In this document: in pieces, positions 36,520-49,420 of the stretch
How positions within the stretch are numbered: the stretch's first letter is position 1
How the letters are laid out: each line of letters opens with the position of its first letter
Assembly (NCBI GenBank): GCA_026770705.1
Contig: JANJGN010000004.1
Span: 172,174,001 to 172,238,000, forward strand
Length of the DNA: 64,000 nucleotides
Origin: Isurus oxyrinchus
Taxonomy: Eukaryota
Direction of reading: 5' to 3'
Position numbers and translations under genes: made by a program
Notes under the pieces: generated by a model
Database searches by the model: none
The model's input: only the letters and a program-made list of their open reading frames with translations
What the model was told of the DNA's origin: nothing

Positions 36520-39240
36520 AAATATATGGAAGAGGAGCAGGAGTGGGCCATTCGGCCCCTCGAGCCTGCTCTGCCATGCTATAACATCGTGGCTGATCTG
36601 ATTGTGGCCTCAGCTCCACATTCTGCCTCTCCCTGATAACCTTTGACTCCTTTATTAATCAAGAATCTAACTACCTCTGCCTTAAAAATATTCAATGACC
36701 CTGTCTCCACCACTCTCTGGGGAAGAGAGCTCCGAGGACTAACGAACCCCATAAAAAAAATTTCTCCTCATCTCAGTCTTGAATGGGAGTCCCCTTATTT
36801 TTAAAATGGTGTCCCCTAGTTCTAGTCTCTCCCACAAGGGAAAACATCCTTTCAGCATCCACCTTGTCAAGACCCCTCAGGATCTTATATGCCTCAATAA
36901 GGTCACCTCTAATTATTTGAAACTCCAATGGATACAGGCCCAACCTGTTCAACCTTTCCTCATAAGATAATCCCGCCATCTCAGGTATCAGTCGAATGAA
37001 CATTCACTGAACTGCTTCAATTATGCCCTTTCTTAAACAAGAACACAGCATTGCACTATGTGCGGTAGTGACCGTGAAAAAAGACATTGTACCCACCAAA
37101 TGCAACGGGGTGGGGGGGGGGCGGGGGGGGGGGGGGGGCGGGAGGGGTGGTTTGCGCCATATCGGCCGCTCCCCACCTCATTAATTATGCAGTCACAGGA
37201 AACACGCTGGCTGGCTGGCGGGTGGCCTCTGAATTACCTGCCACGCCATTTCCTCACTCCGGGTGCCATATCTAAACTACAGTCATGCACACAGTTTTCA
37301 ATGTTTGCAGGGCTGCTCCAGGGAAGACATGGCCCTGAAAGTCAAGAAGAGTTCAGTGACCGATCACTGGAATGCCTTTCGGAGGCCCGCTGTGATGTCC
37401 TCCACCCCGCCCTGGCTGCAGGAACTCCAGCAATCTCACCACTCCGGCTTGGGAGGCAGTGGAGTGGTGGTCAGTGCCAACGCTGCACAGAAGAGGTTGG
37501 TCATTCAGTGCATAAAGAGGATGAATGATGTCATCTGTGCCGTCAGGGTTAGGCAGCCATATCATCACTTTAAACTCACACACTCAAGGACATCACACAA
37601 TCTTGACTTTGGAATTCTCTTCCTCAAAAGGTGGGTTGAGGCAGAGTCCTTGAACGTCTTTAGGGCAGAGATATGTGAAAGAGGAGATGAAAGGTTATCG
37701 GGGGTAGGCAGGAATATGAGGTTAAAATCAGATCGGCCATGACCTTATGAAATGGCGGAGCAAGCTTGAGGGTCCAAGTGGGCTACTCCTGTTCCTAATT
37801 CTTATGTTCGTATTCACTGGCAACTCATTCATTGCCAGCTCAAGGGACATCAGCACTCCCTCTTTCGCACACACCTTCACATGTCCATCTGGCCTCATCT
37901 CCTCTGGAGACTGCCTCCTCAGCCCTCACCATCTTGAGGCCACTTGCATAGATCAACATGTGCCCCCACACACGCTCTGGGCTACAGCCCTTCCCGAGTA
38001 CAGCCCTCACTCTGCAGCCTCTTTCCTTGCCTTATGGTTACTTCTCCCCCTTCCCAAAGGGAGCCCTAGTCCTGTAGCCATTGAAAAGGCACACCCCCCC
38101 TACCCCACCACCTCCACCCTCCGACTGATCTGATAGGTAGAGACTTGCCTGTGAGTCCCACTAAAAATGTGGTGCTGTCTGTGAAGCCTGGCGCTGATGA
38201 CTGTGAGTGCTGCCTGAAGCAAGGTTGGCAAACAAACCTCGAAGTCCCAAGCGAAGTGCAGCTCGCCAGATGTATGTCACCCATGTACAGTTGTGAATCA
38301 CGCTGTTGTGCAATTATCCTGACATGCCCAGCTTATCCAGAGTGGAGGGATGATTCTGGTGAACAGGGCTTAAAATGAGAAGCTGAAATATTGAAATTTG
38401 GTTCCCGGCATGGGGTGGAAGAAACATGGACGGGTGGAGCGGACATTCACAAACTGGTTTTTCGACGGCATAAAACAGATTTTTGGCCTTCTCGCCATAT
38501 TGTCCAGTCACACCCACCATGATGCCTAGTGCCAACGGGAGCGGAAAATTCCAGCCCAAAAGTGCAAACAGCTTTCCAGATGTGATCTCACCAATGCCCT
38601 ATGCAACTAAAGCAAAACATCCTTACTTTTATATTCCATTCCCCTTGCAATAAATGAGAACATTCCATTTGCTTTACTAATCACTTGCTGTATCTGCATA
38701 CCAACTTTTTATGATTCATGTACCAGGACACCCAGATCCGTCTGTACCTGCAACCTCTCTCCATTTAAATAATATGCTACTTTTCTATTCTTCCTGCCAA
38801 AATGGTCAAGTTCACATTTTCCCACATTATATTTCACCTGCTAAATTTCTGCCTACTCACTTAACCTATCTATATTCATTTGCAGGTTCCTTAGGTCCTC
38901 TTCACAAATTACTTTCCTACTTAGCTTTGTGTCATCAGCAAATTTAGCAACCATACATTTCGTCCCTTCACTCAAGTCATTGAAATAAATTGTGAATATT
39001 GTGAATAGTTGAGGCCCCAGCATGGATCCCTGGGGCACTCCACTTGTCACATTTTGTCAACCCAAAAATGACCCATTTATGCCTACTCTTTGTTTCCTGT
39101 TAACTAACCAATCATCTATCTATGCCAGTATGTTACCCCCTATACCATAAGCTCTTAATTTGCATAGTAAGCTTTGACATGGCTCCTTGTCAAATGTCAT
39201 CTAGAAATCTAAGTACAGCACATCCACAGGTTTCCCTCTG
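36520..39240 (-). mobile_element. CR1 LINE (36520-37043 and 38558-39240) interrupted by a Harbinger derivative
   Basis: SGVPQGSMLGP..KFADDTKL; GLSYEERLNRLGL..RGDLIEAYKILRG. Confidence 0.9.
37045..38557 (+). mobile_element. Non-autonomous Harbinger derivative keeping the Myb/SANT exon (~37329-37547); CR1 3' fragment nested at ~37600-37815
   Basis: VVVSANAAQKRLVIQCIKRMNDVICAVR then GT; right TIR AAAATTCCAGCCC; left TIR not seen. Confidence 0.75.
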
Positions 39241-39429
39241 TGTCACTTCTGTACTTGATCGCTATTAGGTTAAGACCATGTAGGGATGTTTAAGATCATT
39301 CAGGGTATACGGCTGTGTTTGAATGAATGAGGAAAGACACATATTGTCCAAATGAGATATGAAATCAGCTATTTAAATATCCAAGTGGACAACAAGAACC
39401 CTATACTATTATGATCCTTTTCTGCACTA

Positions 39430-40130
39430 TTATGTGTTGTAACACAGTACAATTAAGATTGAGGTGGACAATAGCTTCATATATCTAAGATCCACAATCA
39501 GGAGCAATCTGTCACTTGATGCTGAAATCAACACATGCACCACAAAAGTTGCAGCTGTTATGTCCAAGCTGAGTAAGAGAGTGTGGAACAACAGCATTCT
39601 GACTGAGAACACCAAACTGTGAGTCTACCAAGCCTGCGTCCTCAGTGCATTCCTCTACATTGGTGAAACCTAGACAACATATGTTAGAGAGGAGAAGGGG
39701 CTGAAGAGTTTGCACCTTTGTTGTCTCAGACATATCCTCAGCATCTCTTGGCAGGACAAGGTCACCAATTCAGAGGTCCAGGAATGTGATAATTTCATCA
39801 GCACACAATCATTTCTAAGCTATTGATGCCTGCAATGACTTGACCACGTTCGTTGGATGGATGACGGCCATATATCTAAAGACCTTCTGCACGATGAACT
39901 GGCCACTGGGTCACGAGCTCCTGGATGTCCATACCTCCGCTAACAAGGACACCTACAAATGAGATATAAATACGATGGACATTGTTGCAGAAAAAAGGCA
40001 GACAGTCGCTGATGACCATGATCTCTGGAGGCTGACAGTTTGGAGGGGCATTGGAAGTGGCGAGGAGAAACAGAATGCAAGCTGGCAAAGAAAAGGACCT
40101 AGAAAAAACAGAGGCCAGCAAATGCAACAA
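39430..40130 (+). mobile_element. RTE-clade LINE C-terminal remnant
   Basis: Manual translation: FIYLRSTIRSNLSLDAEIN..KRVWNN.ILTENTKL*VYQACVLSAFLYIGET..LRHILSISWQDKVTNSEV. Confidence 0.85.
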
Positions 40131-40574
40131 AGACTACCAAGCAAATATGGGGCTCCTGAGCCACACCAAGCAATGTTTGACGCAGGGTTAACCACAAGAA
40201 CACAACAAATCGTCTCACAAAATGGGAGGCTACCAAGAGGGACACAATATGTAGCCAGACAAAACTAACAAGGTTAGGTGTTTCATGAAGCTGACCTGAC
40301 ATCTGATAATTAATTGGAGAAATTGTACAGCAAATTTCCCAGCAAGCTCCTGCAATTCTGTTTCTTCGAATAATGCTTTGCTCTGTATACTGTAATCCTG
40401 TATACCCCAGTGGGAGTGAAGAGCTTAGGGTAGTCACCTAAGGGAATGACAAGACGGTTGTTTTCCAAATCATGGGCTGCACACTGGGATCTTTCAAATG
40501 CAGTCTCTGTGGATGCTGCAGTCCATTGGGAGCTCTGGATCACCAGGAGTACCTGCTCAAGCAACAGTGACTCA

Positions 40575-40985
40575 GAAACACAGGAACATTAGTGGAGTAT
40601 TCAGTCCCTGGAGCCTGTTCTGTCATTTAAGTGGATGACTGTATCTCAAATCCATCCACCTGCCCTTGCTCCAAAACCTGAGACTCTTAACCAACAAAAA
40701 TCTAGCTAATTTAATTTCAACAGATTAAACATCTATTTGAGAGAGGGAGTTCTATTTCCACAACTTGTTGCCTGAAAATGTTCTTCCAGATTTCACTCTT
40801 AAATGGTCAAGCATTAATTTTAAAATTATTCCCTCTCATTCTCGTTTCTTCTGCCAGTGGAAATGTTTTCTACGGAGCTATCCTGTAGGTGACCCCTCAA
40901 CCGTTCGAACTCAAGGGAATATAAGCCATGTTAATGCAACCAATGGCCGCAACTTAACCCTTTGATCACCGGTATCATTTTGGCT
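40575..40985 (-). mobile_element. Old CR1 3' fragment
   Basis: Degenerate match to other CR1 tails (AGAAACACAGGAAC..ATTCAGTCCCTGGAGCCTGTTC). Confidence 0.55.
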
Positions 40986-41162
40986 ATTCAACTGTAAAAG
41001 AGTGGATTACCTACATTGTACTACAAAGTTTCAATTATCAGGTAGGTTCAGTAATCATAGTTGTGAGAAACAGCACTACAAACAATAACAAGAAATCCAG
41101 ACTACCTGGAAGATTCCCATCATTGCACCAACTTTCACATAATACAACATGTAAAATGATGC

Positions 41163-41532
41163 TATTGTGGTAATGTCACTAGGCTAGTAACCCAGAGGTT
41201 AATGCTCTGGGGACATGGATTCAAATCCCACCATGGTGGCTGGTGAAATTTAAATTCAATTAATCAACCTGGATTTGAATTCTAGTCTCAATAATGGTGA
41301 CTGTAAAACTCTCACTGATTGTCGTAAAAAGCCATCTGGTTCACTAATGCCCTTAGAGAAGGGCTTCTGCCATCTGAACCTGACCTGGCCGCTATGTGAT
41401 TTCAGAACCACAGCAATGTGGTTGGTGCTTAACTATGTTCTGAAATGGCCTAGCAAGCCATCAGTTCAAGGGCAATTAGGAATGGGCAACAAAATTCTGG
41501 AGTGATAACCACATCCCATGAAAGAATATAAT
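41163..41532 (+). mobile_element. tRNA-derived SINE with LINE family B tail
   Basis: B-box-like GGATTCAAATCCC; body matches 52098-52485; tail CAAGGGCAATTAGGAATGGGCAACAAA. Confidence 0.85.
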
Positions 41533-42584
41533 ATTTAAAACTTGCATTTGAAAGCTTGCATTCTTCACAAATAGGAACGCTTGACAATTCGGGCAAAGTA
41601 ACTGTGTTAGGGCAGGCTAAGCATCATGTGGTGTTAAGTCATCCACATTTTGCACTCTTCATGATGATGTGCTGATTGCCCTTCTACAGTAATGCACTCA
41701 CCTCTGTAAAAACCCACTCGAGTCCATTTGTCACTCCAGTACTCTCATTGTTACCACTAGGTTGCAAAATCACAGTTCCAGCCTTCTTGACTTAGTTTAC
41801 TCAGCATTCTACCTGAAATATCCAGGGACCAATAAGATGGCTCAAATGCTGGGTGTGGGCCAATCATTGCTATGCAACTGAACAGTCATCATGTGTGTCA
41901 GCACTCAAATGGGCTGACATTTCTGGATAAAACAAATCTAGCACATCTGCACCCTTTTCTGGCATACTGGATATGTCTCTCATCATATGTTAGGCTGCTA
42001 AAGCTACATATTGCGAATAAGCCACCAGTGAGAAGAGCTTGGCTAACTGGTATGTGCCAAGCACATTCCCACTGTGGAGGAGGAGATTGGGAACACGGAC
42101 AATAGGGACAGTAAACAGACTATTATGAACAAACTAATGTTAAAAGCAACCTGCTCTTCAGTGCTTGTTCCGAATGAGTCATGTGTTCATATAACACCAT
42201 TCAAATACGCTAGCTATATTAAGGGACAGGCACCTAAATTAAATTGAAGTTGAGCCCCAATGGAGCTCTTGGGCTAACACCCATTCCCCTTTGTGCTTGC
42301 TGAATATTGAGTGCCACAGACATTTTATTGATCTCATGTCACCACATCATCCACTTATCAAAGGTGCTCACCAGTGTAGAATTGGCCCCCATTTGTCCAC
42401 CTACTGTCCAATTTTCTTTACATTGATACAGCCAGATGGGTTATCACCTATTTGGTGATCACAACTGAGGCAAGTAGGTGGTACCCAAGGCAGCCCTGAT
42501 CATATTGTTCCATAAAAATCTCATATTTGAATAAGTAGTTTGATAAACTATTATGACCACGTTCCTTTCTACAAGTTGTTGCAA

Positions 42585-42920
42585 TTAGAACATAATAACT
42601 AGGAGCTTTCTTCGCTGTTCAATACGATCATGGCTGATCTTCTATCTCAGCTCCACTTTCTCGCTCATTCCCAATATCCCTAGGGTCCCTGAGAGATCAA
42701 AAATCTGTCTATCCCAGCCTTGGATGTAGTCAATGATGGGACATCCATAAGCCTTTAGGATGGATAATTCCAAAAATTCACAACCCTCTGAATGAAGAAA
42801 TTTCTCAATCCAAAATAGTTGACTCCTTATCATGTGGCTGTGCCCCATATCCTAGATTCCCCAGCTCCGGGAAACAATCTCTTTGTTTACCCTATCAAGT
42901 CCCTTCAGAATCTTGTCTGT
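42585..42920 (-). mobile_element. CR1 3' fragment
   Basis: AGAACATAA..AGGAGC tail; AAATCTGTCTATC and ACAACCCTCTGAATGAAGAAATTTCTC blocks. Confidence 0.75.
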
Positions 42921-43063
42921 ATGGCAAATATTCATTAGACTATTTATTCCATGGAGTTTTGCAGTACAAGGAACAAAGGTGAGCTGAAGTGATCCAATAA
43001 AGATTTAAGTTTGTTGATAGTACCTAGATACCCATAGTTAATATTTTAAAGAGTGCAGAGCAG

Positions 43064-44282
43064 GGCCAAGATTTTCCTTACCCGCCCATGAAGGGTGTGT
43101 TCAGTGGCTTGAGCAGACAAATATGGCGTGATTGGTATCACAACAGTGTGAAACCAGTTTGCAATCGTCCACTCAGCCCGCTGACAATGGGCCAATTTTT
43201 CCTCCAGTGGATGTCGGGAACCTCGTTGTAATACATCAGCATTTCATTATTAAGCCAGCCTGCCAGAATCGTCCAATCACCTCCGCCGCTGGATTGTTCC
43301 CCCACATCGGCGGGAAAACACGTTGACATATCTCACAGCAGCACATAAGCGACATGCACTTGTTGGGCTGCACTTCACTCGGGATTTCAAGTGCTCAGTC
43401 AGCAGTCAGCAGTCATCAGCGCCAGGCTTCACAGACAGCACCACATCGTTGGGGGAGCTCCCGGCAGGTATCTAACTATCATTAACCATATGTGAATGGC
43501 TTTGCAATGGTTGCAGGGCTAGGGCTTGCTTGGCGAAGGGGGAGAAGTGGCCTCAGGCCAGGGAAGAGGCTGCAGGACGATGGCTGTACTGGTGAAGGAG
43601 GGTAACTCAGGGTGCATGTGGGGGGTCATGTGTTGATCTGTGCAAGTGGCCTCAAGATAGTGGGGGCTGAGGAGGCAGTCTCCAGAGGAGATGAGGCCAG
43701 ATGGACATATGAGAGTATGAGTGTGAGAATAGATGGTGATGTCCCTTGAGCTGGCAGTGAGTGAGATGCCAGTGAATGTGTATTGAGCTTGAGTGTGTGA
43801 GTTTAGAGTGATGAAATGGTTGCCATATTCTGGCGGCACAGATTACATCATTCATCCTCCATCTGCATTGGATGGCCAAACTTTTCTGTGCAGCACTGGC
43901 ACTGACCATCACTGCCATCCCCTACCAAGTCAGAGTGGTAATGTTGCTGCCTCCTCTGGCCAGAGTGGGAGTAGAGGATGTCACAGTGGGCCTCCACAGT
44001 GTCCAAAGGGCCCTTGAAGGCTGTAGCCTTCTTGACTTTCGGGGCCATGTTTTGTTTGCTGCAGTCCTGGGCTGGAAGCATTGAGCGCAGCTGTAATTTA
44101 AATGTGGTGCCTGGCGAGGTGACAGCGTGGCAGGTGAATCAGAACCCGCCCGCCATGGAAATGGCATGTTTCCCGGGAATACATAGATAATGCAATGGGC
44201 TTGGACGACACGGCGTGAGAACCGCCCCCCCCCACCCATCGCAGCTGACTGGCACTTATGCAAATCTGGGATGATTCCACCC
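43064..44282 (-). mobile_element. Non-autonomous Harbinger derivative keeping the Myb/SANT exon (~43826-44049)
   Basis: MAPKVKK..VSASAAQKSLAIQCRWRMNDVICAAR, homologous to 37329-37547; imperfect TIRs; possible CAG TSD at 43061-43063 and 44283-44285. Confidence 0.75.
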
Positions 44283-45854
44283 CAGATATACTCTCCGGAC
44301 AGAATTAGCTAACATTTTTGTGCTTTTGCCAGTAAGGAGATTTTACCATTTTATCTAAGGGGACAACCCTGGTGTACTGCAAGCTCAAATGTCCATAAAA
44401 CATTTGCAATGCTCTGCTCCTCTACAATACGATGACAATTCACCACGTTTCCCTCCTCAGCAGATTTCACACTAACTTATACTAATGCCTTCCACCATAC
44501 CACTTGACATTTTTCATTCCACGCACTGTCAATCCTGCTGACTCTCGGGGGCTCCATACTAAATTAAGTGTCAAACTTCAGGTAACTGTGGCGAAGATGT
44601 ATGTTCATGGGAAACTGCAACGTATAAGAACTTTTTGGAGATTTTTTTTGAAGAAAACGAAAAGAGGTTGACACCCAACAGCTTTGACAGAGGAGGCTCC
44701 TTTGAATTTCTCCTGTGGCATGCAGTTGAACCGAAGTGCCAGGGATCAAAGGGCAGCACTTATGAATAGTGTTCTAATGCATAGTGTGCCACACTATGGT
44801 CTCTGGGCAATTTATGTCCCAACAAATTTGACAAAAGTGCTTACAGAGAACTCAGCAAGCACTGCAGCTGCAAGAAGGGATTGCTCTGAGCCTTAGAGAC
44901 AATTGATCTAGCTGATCTTGTAAACAGAATTATAGCTACAACTCATTATCAGGAAATAGGTTTGAAAATTCCCAAAATAAAAGTGACCAGAATGCCAAGG
45001 GCATGAAACATGGTTTATAAGCATTGGCAATAGTGTCACATGAATACAGTCTACCAACTCCTTCGGCACAATGACGCATTGTAACAAATTAACTGCGGCT
45101 CTCAATTATGTGTTTAGAGAAATATTTGTAGTCAAAACATTAATGTCGCAGCTGCAAGTGTCTGTATTCATCAAGGCAAGCAAAATATTATTGGGACAAA
45201 TTTCACATTCAGCCTTTGCTGTCACCAAGAGAGGGTTTTCGAACCAGGAGAAAGGAAAGCTATTCAATGAAATAGAAGCTTTTACTGAGGGGGTGAGCAT
45301 TTGACTGTAGGAGTGTCATCGCACAGATGATAATGATTGCAGATGTTCCTAATCTGGTGATCAGTCATTAAATTAAATAGAGATTGATTAGGCAGAAAGT
45401 CAGATCATACCATAATTACTGTCAGGCTGGCTCATTCTGGGTTATTCTGTTGCTGTAATTATGCTGTTAGTATTTTTCCCAGGGAACTATCATCTATAAA
45501 ATTATGCTTATTCCTTCTTTGTGAAGGTAGAGCGAGCACATAATCATCTTAAAAAAAACATTAAGAAAAAGTGTTGTAAGATGAATTCAATTTTTGAAAA
45601 TGGTGCAGGGTATGTCGTTCACTGCATTCGAGTTACTGTGTGGGAGAAAGAAAAAAACAGATGAGCATTTTGATAAATGGCATTGTCATCATCCCGATGG
45701 CTCATGGATAAATGTCCCCACTTCTGAGTCACACAAAGGTGATACTGAACTCAACGGACCTCAACCTGCGCAGCAATAGAATTGTTGTATTATAAAGTGC
45801 TACAGCACTGAAGGAAGACATTCAACCTATCCTGATTGTGCCAGAGAACTTGCA

Positions 45855-46405
45855 AGTGATAATATTACCTTACATCTGCTGCCTTTGTCCTCCTAGGTGG
45901 TAGATGTCACAACTTTGGAAGGAACCTTGGCAAGTTTCTGCAGTGCATCTTGTAGATGGCACACACTGCTGCCACTGTGTGTCAGTGCTGATGGGGGTGA
46001 ATGTTTAAGGTGATGGGTGGGGTGCTGATCAAGCAGGCTACTACCTTGATGGTGTCTTGAGTCTTGTTGAAGCTTCTTTCATCTAGGCAAATATTCTATC
46101 ACACTCCTGACTTGTGCCCCATAGACAGTGGGCAGGCTATGGGGAATCAGGTGGTGAGTTACGTCGCACAGAATTCCAACAGTCTGACCTGTTCTTATCG
46201 CCACAGTATTTATAGGATTGGTGCAGTTCAATTTCTGGTCAATGATAACTCCAGGATGTTGATAGTGGGGTAATTGACTAATAATAATGCCATTGAATGT
46301 CAAGGGGAGATGGTTAGAATTTATCTTGCTGGGGATGTTCATTGCCTGGCGCTTGCGTGGCATGAATGTTGCTTTTCTGTCCAAGCCTGAATGTTGTCTA
46401 GGTCT
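45855..46405 (-). mobile_element. LINE family B internal fragment
   Basis: PLTFNGI..GVIIDQKLN..VYGAQVRSVIEY. Confidence 0.85.
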
Positions 46406-46720
46406 TATTACTTTCTCCCAATTTATTCTATCAAAACTCCTATGCTTTTGAACTCTACTATTAAATCTCCCCTTACATTCTCTGCTCTTAGGAACACAAT
46501 CTCAGCCTCTCTGGCCTCTCCATGTTACTTAAATCCCGCATCTCCTGATTCTAGGAGATCTTCCCTGCATTCTTTCTCGTCTTTGACATTCTTTCTAAAG
46601 TGTAGTGCCTAGAATTGGAAACAATAATCCTGCTAGTACTGAACCAATATATTATAAAAATTCAGCATTACTTTCTTGCTTTTGCACTCCAAAGTTCTGT
46701 TAAGAACACCAAGGATAACA
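46405..46720 (-). mobile_element. CR1 fragment (3' end probably at ~45775-45850)
   Basis: AAAGTGTAGTGCCTAGAATTGGAAACAATAATCC is a degenerate reverse-complement LEYCVQFW region. Confidence 0.55.
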
Positions 46721-46794
46721 TTGCTGCATGTGGTTGTGTGCCTTAGATTAAAGAAGAGAAACTCAACCAATGTTCATACTGTATTTTGTTCCCA

Positions 46795-47525
46795 AAAAAT
46801 ATTTTTTCAAATAAGAGTGGGAAGATCTCTTGGTGTACTGGCCAACATTCGTCCCTCAATCAACGCCACCAAAATAAATCAACTAGGCTTTATCTGAATG
46901 CAATATGTGCCTCCTTGTTGGGTGCAAATTGGCTTACAAACTTAATATTTAATCTCGATAACCATAGGCAGGGAGATTGTGTGGTTCAGTGGGCTGCGTC
47001 CCTGTCTCTGAGCCAGAAGGTTTGGGTTCAAGTGCCACTTCAGGATTTGATGGTCAAAGGAGGTGTGTTCATAACATGGCCAAACAGGTGTCAACTTGTA
47101 AGTCATTCCAACACATACTAATTGCAGCCAGTAAGAGTGGGAGAGACTCCTAGTTAGCTATGTGATGGAAAGAAAATTGAAGTTTCTACCATCACTATTC
47201 ATAGCTCTGGACTAGAACGTGCATGTAAAAGTGCATGTTGCATGAGTCGGTGATGGACGGGTGCAGTTGGCTGGAGTGGATCAGATCGGTGCCAACAGCA
47301 TGGGGTTTGATCCTCATTCTGGCTGAGGTGGATGTGAGACTGGCCTCTTCCTCCTACCCATGGTGGTAGCTATGGCACTGTGAGACAAAGCTGCCATCAG
47401 GCAGAGAACTGAAGAAGCAGCATACGAAACGCACTTCAAAAATACTCCATTATATTTACTCCATTATCTTTGAAGCACTTTGGCATGTCCTGTGGACATG
47501 AAGGATGCTATATAAATGGACGCTA
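46795..47525 (+). mobile_element. DeuSINE-like fragment (46795-46935 and 47425-47525) interrupted by two tRNA-headed SINE pieces (~46965-47245, ~47258-47420)
   Basis: CTGGCCAACATT..CCCTCAATCAAC and CACTTCAAAA..GCTATATAAATG match 31010-31363; A/B-box-like GTGGTTCAGTGG..GGGTTCAAGTGCC and GGTTTGATCC. Confidence 0.55.
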
Positions 47526-48714
47526 TTTTACTCTTCCAATTCTATTGCAGCGGAGAATTGGTGAGGGCAGAATAAGACAGTTGAGATGCTGATAACGTGA
47601 TTGTCAAGACACAGACAGGAGTAATGGCTACTTATTTACATTATTGGAGAGAAACCACTAAGGAAACATCTTTGTGAGGAGGAAATAGGAATGTGGTTTT
47701 AATTCAATCATATAATTTGACACCAACTCACAAAAGCCCACAGTAAAAGTGACTATGAGAAGAAACAGACCAAATGAATCATGGCTGTTGTTCTTATTAT
47801 CCTTTTCAGAAGAGTGTGAAGTAGTTGAAGGATGTGCAGGCTGATTAATAGTCTGACAGGTTATGGCATGACTGCTCCTTTCATGGCCGCAACCATCTTG
47901 ACACCAGTTGAAAATGGCTAGTCCCTTACTGCAGAAGAGCTTATGGGCTCTCAGTCTCCATATGATGGGGGTTAATGGGGTACAGGCAGGAGCATCCATT
48001 CACACCAGGTACAAATATTCTTGCTGAATGTCAACACAGATTCAGAGCTGGAATTCTGACCTCCACTCATCACAACTGTCTAGGCCAGGGATCAAACTCA
48101 AAGGCAAGGTTGCTAATATTTCTCCTAATCTTAAACTGATTTTAAGATTATCAGGGCGAAAACATTCCTTTGAAGTACTCCAAGCTTATCCAAAACAATC
48201 CAGTTCAAATTTGAATACATAGCAACTGTTATTTGGTGCTTCGGATGCCAGTTGGAGTCCAAAATGGAGTCCCTGGTGCATGCACACATCATTTGAACAA
48301 GTTACACTGGATGCCATATAGCTGAGGCTGTTTGTGTGGGTACAGTGAATGGCCACTGGAGGTATGGAGAGCGCGCATATCATGATGCCAATCAGTGCAC
48401 AATACTTAACACCATCAGTGCTATTTTGAAATTCAGTGCTTCAGTTAACACCCTCTTGTAATCTCCCAGAGCTGAATATGTGTTCAATAGCAGGAAAGAC
48501 TCCCTTCTGGCTGTTGCTTCCATGCTACACGTGTTTGCTGCTTTATTATTGGCTGCTTAAAGTTACCAATGTTTACATGGAGTGGTGTGATAAGTGACCT
48601 AAGAACTTTTGCTGACTTCATGATTTCTGCACAAGCCTGTTGCTCCCAACATGGGTGTGCTAGTAGCCAATCTCCTTGGAATACAGCAAGATTTAGAGAA
48701 TGATCAGAGGTTAG

Positions 48715-49420
48715 AGGACAGTATAATGTGGGAAAATGTGAACTTTTCCGCTTTGGCAGGAAGAAAAGGAAAGTAACATATTATTTAAATAGATGCAGAA
48801 CTGGAATATAAACATTGGGAAGATTTGCTGCAGTTGTACAAGGCCTTGGTGAGACCACGTCTGGAGTACTGTGTACAGTTTTGGTCTCCTTATTCAAGGA
48901 AGGAAATAAATGCGTTGGAAACAGTACAGAGAATGTTCACTCTACTTATCCCTGGGACGAGAGGTTTGTCTTGTGGGGAAAGGTCAGACAGGTTGGACGT
49001 TTATCCATTGAAGTTTAAAAGAATGTGAAGTGATCTTATTGAAACATATAAGGTCCTGAGGGGGGGCCTGACAGGGTGGATGCTAAAAGGAAATTTTCCC
49101 ATGTGGGAGAGACGAGAAGTAGGGGACACAGTTTAAAAATAAGGGGTTTCCCACTTAAGACAGAGATTAGAGAAAAAAATTCTCTCAAGGGTCATTAGTC
49201 TGTAGAATTATCTTCCCCAGGGAGCAGTGGAACCAGGGTCATTGAATATTTTTAAGGTTCAGTTAGATCGATTCTTGACTGATAAGGAAGTCAAAGGATT
49301 ATGGGTTAAGATAGGAAAGTAGAGGCTACAATCAGATCAGACATGATCTTATCAAATGGTGGAGCAGGCTTGAGGGGCCATGTGGCCTACTCTTGCTCCT
49401 AATTTGTATCCTTGTATGTA
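48715..49420 (+). mobile_element. CR1 3' part
   Basis: LLQLYKALVRPRLEYCVQFWSPY; CR1 tail. Confidence 0.92.

Noticed and set aside
37107-37150. G-runs as functional G-quadruplexes (also ~1536-1575, 50161-50200, 59820-59880)
   Set aside because: Low-complexity G/C tracts, several inside repeats, with no supporting context; homopolymer lengths may be unreliable
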